A DNA stretch of 63,895 nucleotides, filler included, from Welwitschia mirabilis (GCA_051453625.1; 6 parts of one record of this genome joined end to end with filler, not necessarily neighbours in it); one strand, 5' to 3'; positions 51,226 through 63,895 are shown, counted from the whole stretch's first letter. Program-made: numbers and translations. The notes: generated from the sequence alone by a model not told the origin.

Positions 51226-54200
51226 GTGAAAAACAACCTGCTCATATTCTAAAATAGCAAAAAAATATAATATCTCAAATAGAATAAAATATCTTTATAA
51301 ATGTCACCAAAAAAATAATGTATGATTCACAAAAATAGCATAATATATTAACATGAACCAAAAAAAAAATTTATAATTTTAATGCATCCTTAGAACTAAA
51401 AACTAAATATCCCTTGAAAAATCTCAAGGAAAAGTCCATACTTTACCTCAGAATGTGAGTGTTGTAACTCCTTTAAATATAGAAGGATATGTAAAGCTTT
51501 TTTGGTATTTAAACTAGTTGTATTAGTGGATGCTTTAGTGTGTGCTTCTCCTATAATGAAGGGTCTTCTTGAAACACAGACCATTCTAAGTTCCTCTATC
51601 CATGTGCATAACTCTGGACTCTTCTTGTTTTAGTGCATTATTATTACTTGGCTATTATGATAATGAATCTTATACAAAATAGTTGGATTAAGGATAAGCA
51701 AATATAAAAGCTTGGAAAAGGAAGACAAGTTTCTTGGAATATTTGTAGTCATAGCCATTTCTAGAACATGTAGCTTTCAAAACACAGCCAAAGAGACTCT
51801 TTAAATTGTCAGTACTAGAGCTACTTAAAGGTGCTTTGACATTAATGTTGTTGAGATACAAGCTTTTGTAGATGTCACATAATTCTCGATCAATTTGATC
51901 TTCTTCTTAGAAAAATGACTTTATCTTTAGTAGCTTTGACTACAACATTGTTTGTCATTTTCATTAAATCTCCTTTTTTTCCTATATTTAATTTTTAGAT
52001 CCATGTTTTTTGGATTTGAATTTTAAATATCAACATTATAAATCATTATAAATGCAAAATGAAATATAGAGAGTGTAATATTACTAGAGGAGAAGGAGAG
52101 TATTGTGTTTTAGTGTGGACAACTTAAAGGAATTGTTTTCCATGCTTTGCCTTAGACATGTGAGTGCCCAAAAAAAATAGAATCTATAATTAAATTGAAC
52201 TTTTAGCATGATTTTTCTTATTATAATGGTGAAGTTAAGTGGAGGATACCATTGATGCTATAAGCAAAAAATGGTGTTAGTAACAAAGAAGTAAGCCAAG
52301 CTATGTAATGTTATAAAACATAGAAAACAAACTGTCATAACCCTACATTCAAAAAGGAATAATGGAAGAAATAAAGAAAAATATAAGAAGATGAAACTCT
52401 TACTTATGTAAATCCTTCTCTTCTCAAGTGGTATTTCCACTCTAAACCTTGTGAGACTCAAGTATATTTCCTAGAAAAACATTCAACTACAAGAAATAAC
52501 CTACAAAACTAATGCATAGGTATAATACAACACAATAAAAAAAAGAGGAAAGTTATAGAAGTGACATGAGCAAAGAAAAATTTATCATTAATAATGATTT
52601 TATATAAAAGAGTAATGACTGAGACTGGAAGCCATTGCTATAAATTAAAAAACCAATAATAACACTGAGAGGGACATTCCTATCACCATGGTTAAGCTGT
52701 GGGAAGAGAAAAAAAGGAAACCACAGAGAGGACAATGGTTCTCCTACCAAAAAATCTATAAAAGGAATAAAATAGATAAGAACAAATTGAAATACTCACA
52801 AAAGAATTACCATTCATGATAAAAAAGACATAGCCAAAGCATATTAAAATACTAGTCTAGCATTTTACAAGAAGTCAGTCCCATCTGTCCAATAAAAAAT
52901 AAAACAATAAAAGGTAAAAAAGAATCATATGGCTCAAGATGACTAATGTATTCAACCAATAACAACATATAACTAAATGTTTTTTTAAAAAGAAATTAGA
53001 GTTCTATTTAATTTAAAAATTATGTATAAACTCTTAATGATAAGCATATGAAGTAATAGAGGAAGTATTAGGGAGCCTTCCCTACACTTACCCTTCATCT
53101 AGTAAGAAAGGGAGTTATTAAAAGTGCTGAGACCCAAGATTCTTGCTCCGCATCAGCAAAGGTAAGGACCCTCTTTCTCACCCTATTGATGTTGGGTGAT
53201 ATTCTTTTGATGATACTTCTAAGGCTATTAGGCACTAAAAGAAGTATATCAAAACCTAGAGAAACCTGCAAGCCTAAGATCTTCAAGGAATCTATGTTCA
53301 GCCATAGTAGTCAGAATGACCTTGGAGGGAACGACATCCTCTAAATCTCTTAGGTATCATAAACTAGTTGATTATGATGTAATAAATAGAGATATCTCAT
53401 GCTACTTCTTGCATAGTGTAGACATGTAAATACCTATTAAATGACTGAGATCTCCTCACTTGTGAGATTCCTAGAGTGAACACAAAAGGAAGCATTTACT
53501 TTTATAACTATTAATCATCAAAGAGAAAATAGTAAAAGCCATGTAAGACTCCAAATATTAGGGAAGGATATTTAAATACAATATCTATGTAAATAAACTG
53601 ACATCAAATCTTGCTAGAAGTAATCCTACAATAGAATTTTATAGACTACAAAAATCTAGTGACATCAGGAAAGCATACTGGGCAAGGTGTCACTCTTCTA
53701 TAATAAGATCAAGCTCATGATATGAGAGGTAGCCTCTTCCTATTATTGGAATATCATTGTGTGCTATGTCTTGAAAATGTATTGTCTAGCAAGAAGGCCA
53801 CTAACCATTAACAATAGAAAATAACCCTCAAAATGGACATACTGCTAGTTGCCAATCATAATGTAAATTTACAAAATTACATATAAATAAAAATAAGCTA
53901 AATTATCAATATATGTTTTACATTAGAAAAATGGCATGCTATATTCAATTATTTTGAGTATGTTTAACTCTTAAAAAGTAGTTTTCCAAAATTAAGTTTG
54001 AGAAGGCACTTAGCGAGGGAAAAGAAAAAGGACAGAAACTTTTCACACATGGCATACATTCTTCTTTTTAAGTTTTTTCTGATGTATTTCATCTCAATTA
54101 TGATTCTATTTTCACCATAAAAATCATGATNNNNNNNNNNNNNNNNNNNNNNNNNNNNNNNNNNNNNNNNNNNNNNNNNNNNNNNNNNNNNNNNNNNNNN

Positions 54201-54945
54201 NNNNNNNNNNNNNNNNNNNNNNNNNNNNNNNNNNNNNNNNNNNNNNNNNNNNNNNNNNNNNNNNNNNNNNNNNNNNNNNNNNNNNNNNNNNNNNNNNNNN
54301 NNNNNNNNNNNNNNNNNNNNNNNNNNNNNNNNNNNNNNNNNNNNNNNNNNNNNNNNNNNNNNNNNNNNNNNNNNNNNNNNNNNNNNNNNNNNNNNNNNNN
54401 NNNNNNNNNNNNNNNNNNNNNNNNNNNNNNNNNNNNNNNNNNNNNNNNNNNNNNNNNNNNNNNNNNNNNNNNNNNNNNNNNNNNNNNNNNNNNNNNNNNN
54501 NNNNNNNNNNNNNNNNNNNNNNNNNNNNNNNNNNNNNNNNNNNNNNNNNNNNNNNNNNNNNNNNNNNNNNNNNNNNNNNNNNNNNNNNNNNNNNNNNNNN
54601 NNNNNNNNNNNNNNNNNNNNNNNNNNNNNNNNNNNNNNNNNNNNNNNNNNNNNNNNNNNNNNNNNNNNNNNNNNNNNNNNNNNNNNNNNNNNNNNNNNNN
54701 NNNNNNNNNNNNNNNNNNNNNTGAAATTTGCATTGCATTACACACCTTACTCTTTTACTTTGTTTTTCTATCTTTCCTTTAGTGACATATAAATGAAGAA
54801 TTCAAAGATCGTTTTGTTCATAATGGGTTTGATTAAAAGACATAGGTTGATTTTTATACACTTAGTCTCCAAAGAGGCTTCTAAAATATTAGGCCTAAAA
54901 AAGGATGTAGTAGTAGCTTATACTTTATAAACTCATGAGGTTAGT

Positions 54946-56130
54946 TTATCTACTACGAATGTAGATGTAACTCTAAAGAATAATCAAGTCTTCACTAATG
55001 ATGCTGATGATGACCTTGATTTCCCTGCAAAGGAATTCTATTTCATTTCAAATGCCATCAAAAAAATCTTATAAGAAAAGATTATCATTGCTACAGGTGA
55101 GGAGGATAGAGAAACTAAATGTGATCTTATAATGGAAGCATCATTAGTCATACATAAAGCTATGGCCTTCATGATGAGGCATGATACTATAATCATCTAT
55201 GTTAGAATAAAACAAGATGCCCTAAATAGACTGGTTGACCACTTATGGTTTTAAACAAAGAAAGTAAGGATAAAATTATTATAGCCTTTACAATTTTTGA
55301 TGATGCAAAAACTAGTATAAACACTAGTGTTTAAGCTATAGATAGGGCAAACACAATTTTGGCACTTGCTTCTAATGAGTATAAGGATGAAGATTTCAGA
55401 AGATCTAGTTATAATTTTTCTTTGTAGTCCCCCCCAGGAGTTTTTTTAAAGANNNNNNNNNNNNNNNNNNNNNNNNNNNNNNNNNNNNNNNNNNNNNNNN
55501 NNNNNNNNNNNNNNNNNNNNNNNNNNNNNNNNNNNNNNNNNNNNNNNNNNNNGCAAACACAATTTTGATACTTGCTTTTGATGAGTCTAAGGTTAAAGAT
55601 TTTAGAAGACCTAGTTATATTTTTTCTTTGTAGTACAAGTAAGGAGTTTTTTTAAAGAGAGGTGACCATGTAGAAGCTTCTATAGATCTAGCATCACTTT
55701 TATCAACTAGCGTTTTAATGGAAACCTTGCAAAATAGCATCACATCCCATTGATATCAATAATAGATCATGTTTGGTACTGCAAAAAGCATGAAACACTA
55801 GTTGAATAGAGTGCAATTACAAGGTTATCTATAATGTGAATAACATTTCAAGTCTACTATTATCATTCAAAACTAGATGAAATTGGGTATATTTCCATGG
55901 TTAAGGGTTACATAGGTCATGGAAAATATGTGCTTATAAGAGTACATTATAAGTATCTCACAAGGGATATATTTGGATTTGGTAGATGTGACTGTAACAA
56001 TCAACTTACAATAGTAATGCAGCACATTAAGAAACCTAACAGAGAAGCACTGGTCTACTTGAGAGATTGGGAGAATAGGAGCACTAGCTTTGAACAAAAA
56101 CTTGGATCATATAACCTTGGTGAAGGATGA
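54946..56130 (+). pseudogene. RIBA: Intronless, 3'-truncated pseudogene of riboflavin biosynthesis protein RIBA (DHBP synthase / GTP cyclohydrolase II)
   Basis: Translates to DDDLDFPAKEF..EEDRETKCDLIMEASLV..AMAFMMRH..AFTIFDDAK..DRANTILALAS..EDFRR..GDHVEASIDL..SKLDEIGYISMVKGYIGHGKYVLIRVH..DIFGFGRCDCNNQL..LVYLR..KLGSYNL, colinear with plant RIBA. Has many stops and a short internal deletion. Confidence 0.92.
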
Positions 56131-56149
56131 TTTCCTTTGAGCATATGAA

Positions 56150-56860
56150 CTTTAAGCACTGGTCTTCATGACAAAACTCCATTGAAAATGTCTAATACAT
56201 TGAACAACATAAATTTCCTATGTTATCTATCAGAAGGGATTGTTTTAGATCTAGAAACTTTGTAGTTAAAGTTAGAGAGTAGAGATGCTCAAATTTCTCA
56301 TCTAAAACAAGAAGTTACAAAGTGTACTAATAATATATTAATTATATAAGAGAAAATGAAAGGAAAAGCCAATGAACTAAAGAAGCTACAACATTTTTTA
56401 GAAACCCTATTATCAAAATTTTTAACACATCAAATTATTTCTAAGAATAGTGAAGGCAAGGGAACACTCGCCCCTTGAATGTACTTAAAAATAATATTTC
56501 TATTATCATATCCAAATCTAAAAATATATAGGATAAATATAAAGTAAACTTTCAAACTATAATTCATGATTTATCAAATAAGATTAATGGCATTGAGTCA
56601 TTACTTCATGATAAAGAAAATCAATTTAAATAGTTTCAAAAAGAGAGAAGTTCTAGATTTACTTCTACTAGTAATTACTCACAGATGTTAGAAATTAAAA
56701 AAATAGAAAAAATAAGTGGCCTCATATATTATTTTCTATGGCACCACATATTAAAATCACTAATAGTTTACTAAAAGTCCTAAAATTAGACATGGCAGAT
56801 AAGAGATGATATTACCATTAATTGAACAAAATGAAATATTCATGAGTTATTTGTCTATAA
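56150..56860 (+). pseudogene. TNO1: Fragment resembling the C-terminal coiled-coil region of TGN-localized SYP41-interacting protein 1
   Basis: LSEGIVLDLETL*LKLESRDAQISHLKQEVTKCTN resembles the remembered TNO1 motif LSENLLAEIEKLQQQVQDRDTEVSFLRQEVTRCTN. Further on: IESLLHDKENQ..SQMLEI and SMAPHIK. Recognised from memory only. Confidence 0.65.
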
Positions 56861-57366
56861 AGAAAAATAGCAATTGAAAAAATTTTCAAAGATAAAACAT
56901 TTTCAAGAATAATTTGAGATGATTTCAAGCCTTGTTTTGCATTTGAATAAGAAAGAGTTTGTCTAATCACATTGATAAGAAGAATCACATATATTAATTC
57001 AGGAAAAATGGGGAATGGATGGTTTCGTAACTAAAAAAAAAAAAAATTGAAAAATCAAATTTTTGGCTTATCTTTAATGTGCTTTCTTGATCTAGTTCTT
57101 CTCTTCTAGCTTGTTGACAATGAATATAATAAAGGCAATGACATCATGCAATTGCAAAGTACTATTGAAGTTACTAAAGCTTAAAAAATGTCATTCGTCA
57201 GTAATAAGACACCATCCTCTAGAAATAAAAGTACTAGTCTACTTGAGAGGGAAATTTCCTTTTATTNNNNNNNNNNNNNNNNNNNNNNNNNNNNNNNNNN
57301 NNNNNNNNNNTTAATTAATTAANNNNNNNNNNNNNNNNNNNNNNNNNNNNNNNNNNNNNNNNNNNN

Positions 57367-60171
57367 TCATTCTCGATCTGGCTATATATCAATGTGTTAT
57401 CAAAGTAAACTACAATAAACTTTCTAATGTAAGGTTTTAATACCTAATTCATAAGCTGCATAAAGGTACTGGAAGCATTTGACAACTCAAATAGCATTAC
57501 CAACCATTCATACAACCCTTCCTTTGTCTTGAAAGCTATCTTTCACTCATCCCTAGGCCTAATTCAAATTGGTGATAGTCATTCTTCATATCCAGCTTTG
57601 AAAACCACCTGACTCCATGCAAAATGTTCAACATGTTATCCAATCTAAGAATTGAAAATTTGTATCCCACTGTGATCTTATTAATGGCGCTGCTATCTAT
57701 TCACATTCTCAAGCTACCATCCTTCTNNNNNNNNNNNNNNNNNNNNNNNNNNNNNNNNNNNNNNNNNNNNNNNNNNNNNNNNNNNNNNNNNNNNNNNNNN
57801 NNNNNNNNNNNNNNNNNNNNNNNNNNNNNNNNNNNNNNNNNNNNNNNNNNNNNNNNNNNNNNNNNNNNNNNNNNNNNNNNNNNNNNNNNNNNNNNNNNNN
57901 NNNNNNNNNNNNNNNNNNNNNNNNNNNNNNNNNNNNNNNNNNNNNNNNNNNNNNNNNNNNNNNNNNNNNNNNNNNNNNNNNNNNNNNNNNNNNNNNNNNN
58001 NNNNNNNNNNNNNNNNNNNNNNNNNNNNNNNNNNNNNNNNNNNNNNNNNNNNNNNNNNNNNNNNNNNNNNNNNNNNNNNNNNNNNNNNNNNNNNNNNNNN
58101 NNNNNNNNNNNNNNNNNNNNNNNNNNNNNNNNNNNNNNNNNNNNNNNNNNNNNNNNNNNNNNNNNNNNNNNNNNNNNNNNNNNNNNNNNNNNNNNNNNNN
58201 NNNNNNNNNNNNNNNNNNNNTCCATATCCACAATATCACAGTATACCTCATCTTTATATTTACTAATTCAAAAAGGAACTTTACAGCATTCATTTACCTC
58301 AATGCGATCTGCTACAGATTTAATCCAACTCAAGGTGTAAGGATTTGGGTGTTTTTTTACTATAATCCCCAGCTTTTTGACTATCTCTCTTCTAATAATA
58401 TTCTTCATGCTATCACTGTCCATGACCATAGTAAATATCTTGTCAAAGATGGTGCACCTAGTCTAAAACAGTTGATGGCATTATGATTAGTCATCTAGTT
58501 TTGGAGCTAGCATCATTCTTCATACTATGTAAGCAGCTTCTTCTACCTCCTCATTTTCGAACCCATCTTCATCTCCATCTGGCTCATAGTAATATGCATC
58601 CTCCTCATCTTCTCTAGTCACCATGTTTATTGTTTTTCTCTGAGGGCATTCATTCGATCGGTAATCCCATTGGTTACATTGATAACAATTGCTAGTTATT
58701 GGTCTTGTATAAAGGTTTGTAGCTTTTTGAGTCTACGCCTCCTTCTCCATCATATCTATCATGGATCGCTTTCCTATAACCGTTTCCTCTTGGTTCTTAT
58801 TGCTGTTACCATAATGATTACCATGTCCTACTATTTTTTGTAATATTTTTGGCCTTTTAACTGCACTGATAGATCTAAAATTTTTCAAGCCCCTTCTACT
58901 CCTCTCCTGCTGCATCATCTCTGCCTTCATCACCATATTCTTAGCCTCAGATAGCGTCCTCAACATCTGCACATCAATTCTGTCTCTAATATAGGATTTT
59001 AATCCATCAATGTACCTAGTTATTTGTTGCCCTTCAGTCTCTGCCAGATTATTCTGCTCAGCCAGTCTCATGAAATCTATGGTATACTCATGCACTGAAC
59101 GATTACCCTATTGGTAACATTGGTATTATTTGAACAATATCTTCTTATAGTTAGGCGATAAGAATTCCTAAGTCAACAATTTTCTCATTCGAGACCAAGT
59201 ACAAACTCGATCCCTTCCTTCATGCTCTCTTATTCTCTACAATCTATCCTACCATGCTGAAGCATCTCGCTTTAGTCAGTAAGTAATCAATCTAACTCGC
59301 TTTTCAACAGGAGTATCCATATAATCAAAGAACCTATCAACATCGGCAAGCCAATCCAATAACTCCTCTATTTTCAAGCCTCCATTAAAATAATGAATAT
59401 CAACCTTTAACTTAAAATCGTTACCTTCTTGATCTTCATTTCTTCTATATCATCCTCCTTACTATCTTCTACCATATTGAAAATCTTGTTCTTTCTTAAG
59501 CTCATCTAATTCTTCTTTTGAACTATCATCTTTAATAAAATTCGATCTGGGAATAGGAACAGGCCTATAGGTAGGGTCATCATAAGTAACATCAACTCCT
59601 AGACTTCTACCATTGATCTGGTTCTAGTTCACATCGACACTTAGAACATGTAGATGATCTGTAATCTCATCAGTTTGCTCCTCAAAGTGACGGAATTTGT
59701 GATCATTTTCTTGCTCTAATCACTCCATTAAACGTTGCTCCAATTGTTGCAATTCTTAATCCCTAAGGATCAGGGCTCTAGTCTCCTAAGCATCCTCATG
59801 GAGACCACCGCCATCATAGCCAGTCATCATTAGGCTCTGATACCACTTGAAGCAGCATGAAAAGCGTTCAAAGAAAAAACCTTAAAAAGGAAGAGAAATC
59901 TAAATAAATTCTATTTCAAAAATTATGTCTACAATAGTACATGATATACTTATTTATAATACATAAGTCCTTTTAATGAAATTCCTAAACAATGTGGGAT
60001 TAGAGAAAAATAAGGAAGCAATAATAAAAGATGAAATATAAAGGTGGGGGTTACATCACTCCACGAAGTAATAATAAATGCTAAAAAATAAAGATGAAAG
60101 TTACACCACTCCATCCCTCTTAACTAGGCTCGGCCCCATCCATGAGTTAACATGAGGTACATTTCACATCA
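57367..60171 (-). mobile_element. CRM-like chromovirus (Ty3/gypsy): short 5' LTR, iMet PBS, gag, zinc knuckle, protease, start of RT
   Basis: LTR 59848-60171 (TGATG...CTTCA on minus); PBS GCTCTGATACCA at 59834-59845; gag LKVDIHYFNG..LDWLADVDRFFDY and [49 protein letters not shown]. Confidence 0.85.
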
Positions 60172-61228
60172 CATTCATACTAGTATGTTGTATTGTGTAA
60201 GATATCTGTTTATTTTATGAATGATAGAATCTTTTCAAACTTAAGCACTAGCACAAATATATACCACAACAAATTGACATTATTGCTAGGGAAGGATATT
60301 AAGGAGTACAAGGATTTTTTTTTTTTTTGGATGAGTATATCATATCTCTTTTCAGTTATCTATCTATGCAATGTTATATTTAATTAGGATATATAGGTTT
60401 TCTTTATGTGGTATTTCAGTTTTGATTTTTCAGTTTTAGTTTTCTGTAAAAATTTGTGGTTGTTCCCTCGATTGTCCTCATGACAATCAGGACAACAGTG
60501 TGCCATTTTTACTTTTGGTTTTATTTTTGGATTGTAATTTTTCTAAAATAAATTAGTTTCTATTGTCTCCTGTGATATCCAAATAACTAGGAGAATGATA
60601 GTCCTGTTCTCTGTTTTTCAGTTTTCTATTTTTATTTTCGGTTTTATTTTTACTTTTTTTGTGNNNNNNNNNNNNNNNNNNNNNNNNNNNNNNNNNNNNN
60701 NNNNNNNNNNNNNNNNNNNNNNNNNNNNNNNNNNNNNNNNNNNNNNNNNNNNNNNNNNNNNNNNNNNNNNNNNNNNNNNNNNNNNNNNNNNNNNNNNNNN
60801 NNNNNNNNNNNNNNNNNNNNNNNNNNNNNNNNNNNNNNNNNNNNNNNNNNNNNNNNNNNNNNNNNNNNNNNNNNNNNNNNNNNNNNNNNNCTTTCAAATT
60901 TATTTTTTTCTAAGTCAGATTTTCTTAATGAAAACATATAAAAGGAGAGAATCTATTTATATTATTGAGTACCTCCTGTAAGTAAAAACAAGTCATAGTA
61001 TCTTCTACTCCTAATGCAAACCTAACCCTGAGGAAATTATTAGTCAATAAAAAAAATAAAAGATTCCAACCCCTTTGATCTATCCCCAGGACATGATGTT
61101 GAGATCAAAAATTTGCATGCCTATCCAACTTTTAGTGGAGGATGATGAGGATCTCCTTCAATACATTACAGACATTGAACAACTAATCCTCACTTTAGAA
61201 AATGGGAAGAAAAAAAATACTAATAGAA
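60172..61228 (+). mobile_element. Athila-like element E: last ~100 bp of 5' LTR, PBS, 5' UTR, start of gag
   Basis: CAACA at 60267-60271; PBS TGACATTATTGCTAGGGA at 60275-60292; gag DEDLLQYITDIEQLILT homologous to A and B. Confidence 0.82.
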
Positions 61229-61328
61229 NNNNNNNNNNNNNNNNNNNNNNNNNNNNNNNNNNNNNNNNNNNNTTAATTAATTAANNNNNNNNNNNNNNNN
61301 NNNNNNNNNNNNNNNNNNNNNNNNNNNN

Positions 61329-62756
61329 AGCAAGCTTAATCATTTTGATGCTAGAAGGAAACCCTTCTAAAACCAACTAGTAAGGATGAAGAAAACTATT
61401 ATCAAGAGAGATATAAAGGAAAGTGAATAGATAAGAAAGGTAAGTATGTTAGGATATCTGAAAGATATTATTTAGGAAGAAAAGATACTAATCAAGTTAA
61501 GGTATAAATATAGGAAGAAGACTTTGAATTTGAAGAAATAAACTTAAAATAAGTTTTCAAAGATAATAGCTTATGTCAACTTATAAATGAGATGGAATAA
61601 AGTCATGTTATCAGTCTTATAAGTGGAATACCTTTGATATAAGGAGAATAATTTAGGACAAATAGAAATAATAATATAGAAGAAATATATAACACAAAAA
61701 AGTTCATAGCAAATTATATTAGGAAGATGATGGGGATCCCATACCTTTGAATTATAACACTCATAAGTTAGGTAACTTAATTTCCATTGACCTGATATCT
61801 TAGAAGTTTCTAAAAAGATGTTTCCCTTATTTTGTTTGACTATTTCTATAAATCTAATCATTTAGAGTTATAATCAAATTGCTTAAGATATTTTCCCTTT
61901 TCTCTAAAAGTAAAAGCATAGTTATGGTATGAAAAGACATCCAACCATGCCCTTAATGCATGAAACATCCTTAAAAATTCTTTCTTAGAGAAATCCTAAC
62001 CTATGAGAATTAGTAGAATATTTAAAGACAAATTATTAATATTAAGCAAAAGGAAAATAATAGATTTGATGAACTCATGGATAGGTACAATATATTATTA
62101 GCAAAATGTCCTAACCATAAAGAATTCTTTATTAGACATCGAAAGAAATAACTCTTTAATTTAGAAAAAACATTAGCACTAAGAATGTATAAAAATAAAT
62201 AAGATAATTACTCAATTATATAAGATGATCTAAGGATGGGGGTATGAAAGTGGGAAAAACAAAAAGGTACATGAAGTTTTAATAGCAAAAATAATATAAA
62301 GTATGTACAAATCCAGATATATCAATCTTATGAAGGAATTAACTAAAAACTAGTCGATAATATGATAGAAAAGTATGATAAGTTACTTGTTAAATACTTC
62401 AATAAAGACATAATACCCACATGTGAGCATTATAAAGAGGATGAGAAATACAATTCCCTAGATTTAAGAGTTCATATAGTGATTGGATATCAATAGATCA
62501 GATTTAAGATTAAGTGATCCATCTTAAGAACAGAAAAAAACCTTACTATTATGAAAATAGAAAATGAAAAGGAAAAATAGAATAACATATTGAAAAATTA
62601 TGTAACTTCTAAAAGATAATAATAATATTAACATTATAAAAATTAGAGGAATAAATTTCAAGGTAATAACTCCACTTAATAGAAAATAAAAAAGAAGGAA
62701 GTGAATATTCTTACTTAACCTCAACCTACTCCTTGAGAAGCTATTAATGAGGCTAT
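61329..62756 (+). pseudogene. Degenerate retrotransposon gag of a different gypsy family
   Basis: LRYFPFSLKVKA*LWY at ~61882-61930 and LLAKCPNH at ~62095-62120, both typical retrotransposon gag motifs. Confidence 0.7.
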
Positions 62757-62856
62757 NNNNNNNNNNNNNNNNNNNNNNNNNNNNNNNNNNNNNNNNNNNN
62801 TTAATTAATTAANNNNNNNNNNNNNNNNNNNNNNNNNNNNNNNNNNNNNNNNNNNN

Positions 62857-63895
62857 CTACTTACTTTAGGGCTAGGTTAAGCCTTTATTAAGATTACCTA
62901 ATAGGTTTAACATTATCCTTGAGGTAAATTTTGTGTTGGACCATGAAAAGAGGGATGGTAGCTAAGTCTTTATGGGTTCAAGTAAAGGCATCTTCTTTAA
63001 AAGTTAAGAGTGAGATCAAGTTGGATTGTTATTGAGAAGTATTATCAAAGGTTTCTTTGAATTCTTAGATAGAAAAATGTATTTAAGATTTTTGGAAAAC
63101 TCCTTAAGTTCTAACTTAGAATTTTCAATTATCATTTTATTTGTTTTGGAGATGTTAGATATGTGATGACATTCTTCAAAAAGATTTTCTAACAAGTAAA
63201 CATGTTAGATTTCCTTCCAATTTAAAGATTCGTTATTCTCATACTCAAGATAGTGTATTTCAGTTAGGTGATCATGTAAAGTTAGTTCAAGTAGCATTAT
63301 CAATTTCTTCTCAATTAGAAGATGTTATAAAAATAAGGTTGATTTAAGTTCTTCTTCTAAGTTAAACTCATCTCCTATTTCTTTTTTAGTAGCATTAAAA
63401 ACTCAAATGGTAAGATTCTTATTGCTTATATGACATTCCATCATTCTGGTCTATGTATTAATGATGAGTACATCTATGGGGTAAAAAGCTTTCTCTAATT
63501 GCATGATTAGATTCTTAATAATCTCTAAGGGTTTCTTAATTGAGGTATTAGCAAACTCCATAATAATTCATATAAGTTTTATTCTGTTTTCCAACCTGAG
63601 TCTTTTACATATGTGAAGAGTCTTAATGTTTACACTATATCCTATGTTAATTAAAGCTTTTTGAATTCTTTTATTTCCTTCCAAGGTAATATTCACTATT
63701 TCTACTCTAGGGTCTTTAAATTTAGGACACTTTTTCATGAGTAATTTGAAAATAGATTAAGTAAGAAAAACTTTACTAGGAATGGTACATTTTTATTTTC
63801 TTCTTACTAGGTCTTTCAACAACTTAGAATATTTAAGATTTTCTTGTAAAAGTTTCCAAAAAGGTAAGTTAATATTTACCTCTTATATCAAGGTC
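62857..63895 (-). pseudogene. Athila-like gag end, protease and RT linker fragment
   Basis: KCPKFKDP, ALINIGYSVNI, KDAFT, KIYLKDNVKPIR; colinear with 18970-20040. Confidence 0.88.

Noticed and set aside
53690-53830. Nucleobase-ascorbate transporter fragment (VAFLLDNT, minus strand)
   Set aside because: Only an 8-residue match; the flanks do not align convincingly.

Overview
AT-rich, strongly CpG-depleted plant genomic DNA made almost entirely of old, nested, degenerate transposable elements. No intact protein-coding gene was found. The window is a concatenation of six scaffold pieces joined by artificial 44N-TTAATTAATTAA-44N spacers and has many internal gaps. It holds at least six Athila-like Ty3/gypsy elements (tRNA-Asp PBS, TGTTG...CAACA LTRs) and two Sirevirus-like Ty1/copia elements: one complete with a TSD, one with an env-like ORF. 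It also holds two Tekay/Del-like LTR insertions, a CRM-like chromovirus fragment and a CACTA-like end. Four structures stand out: (1) an intronless chimera of a RIBA (DHBP synthase/GTP cyclohydrolase II) fragment and a TNO1-like fragment; (2) a tandem array of PBS+LTR-end junctions with a ~60 bp period; (3) two independent breakpoints at the same site in a conserved Athila 3'UTR block; (4) an Athila derivative that keeps only gag and protease. All family assignments come from motif recognition by eye, not from database searches.
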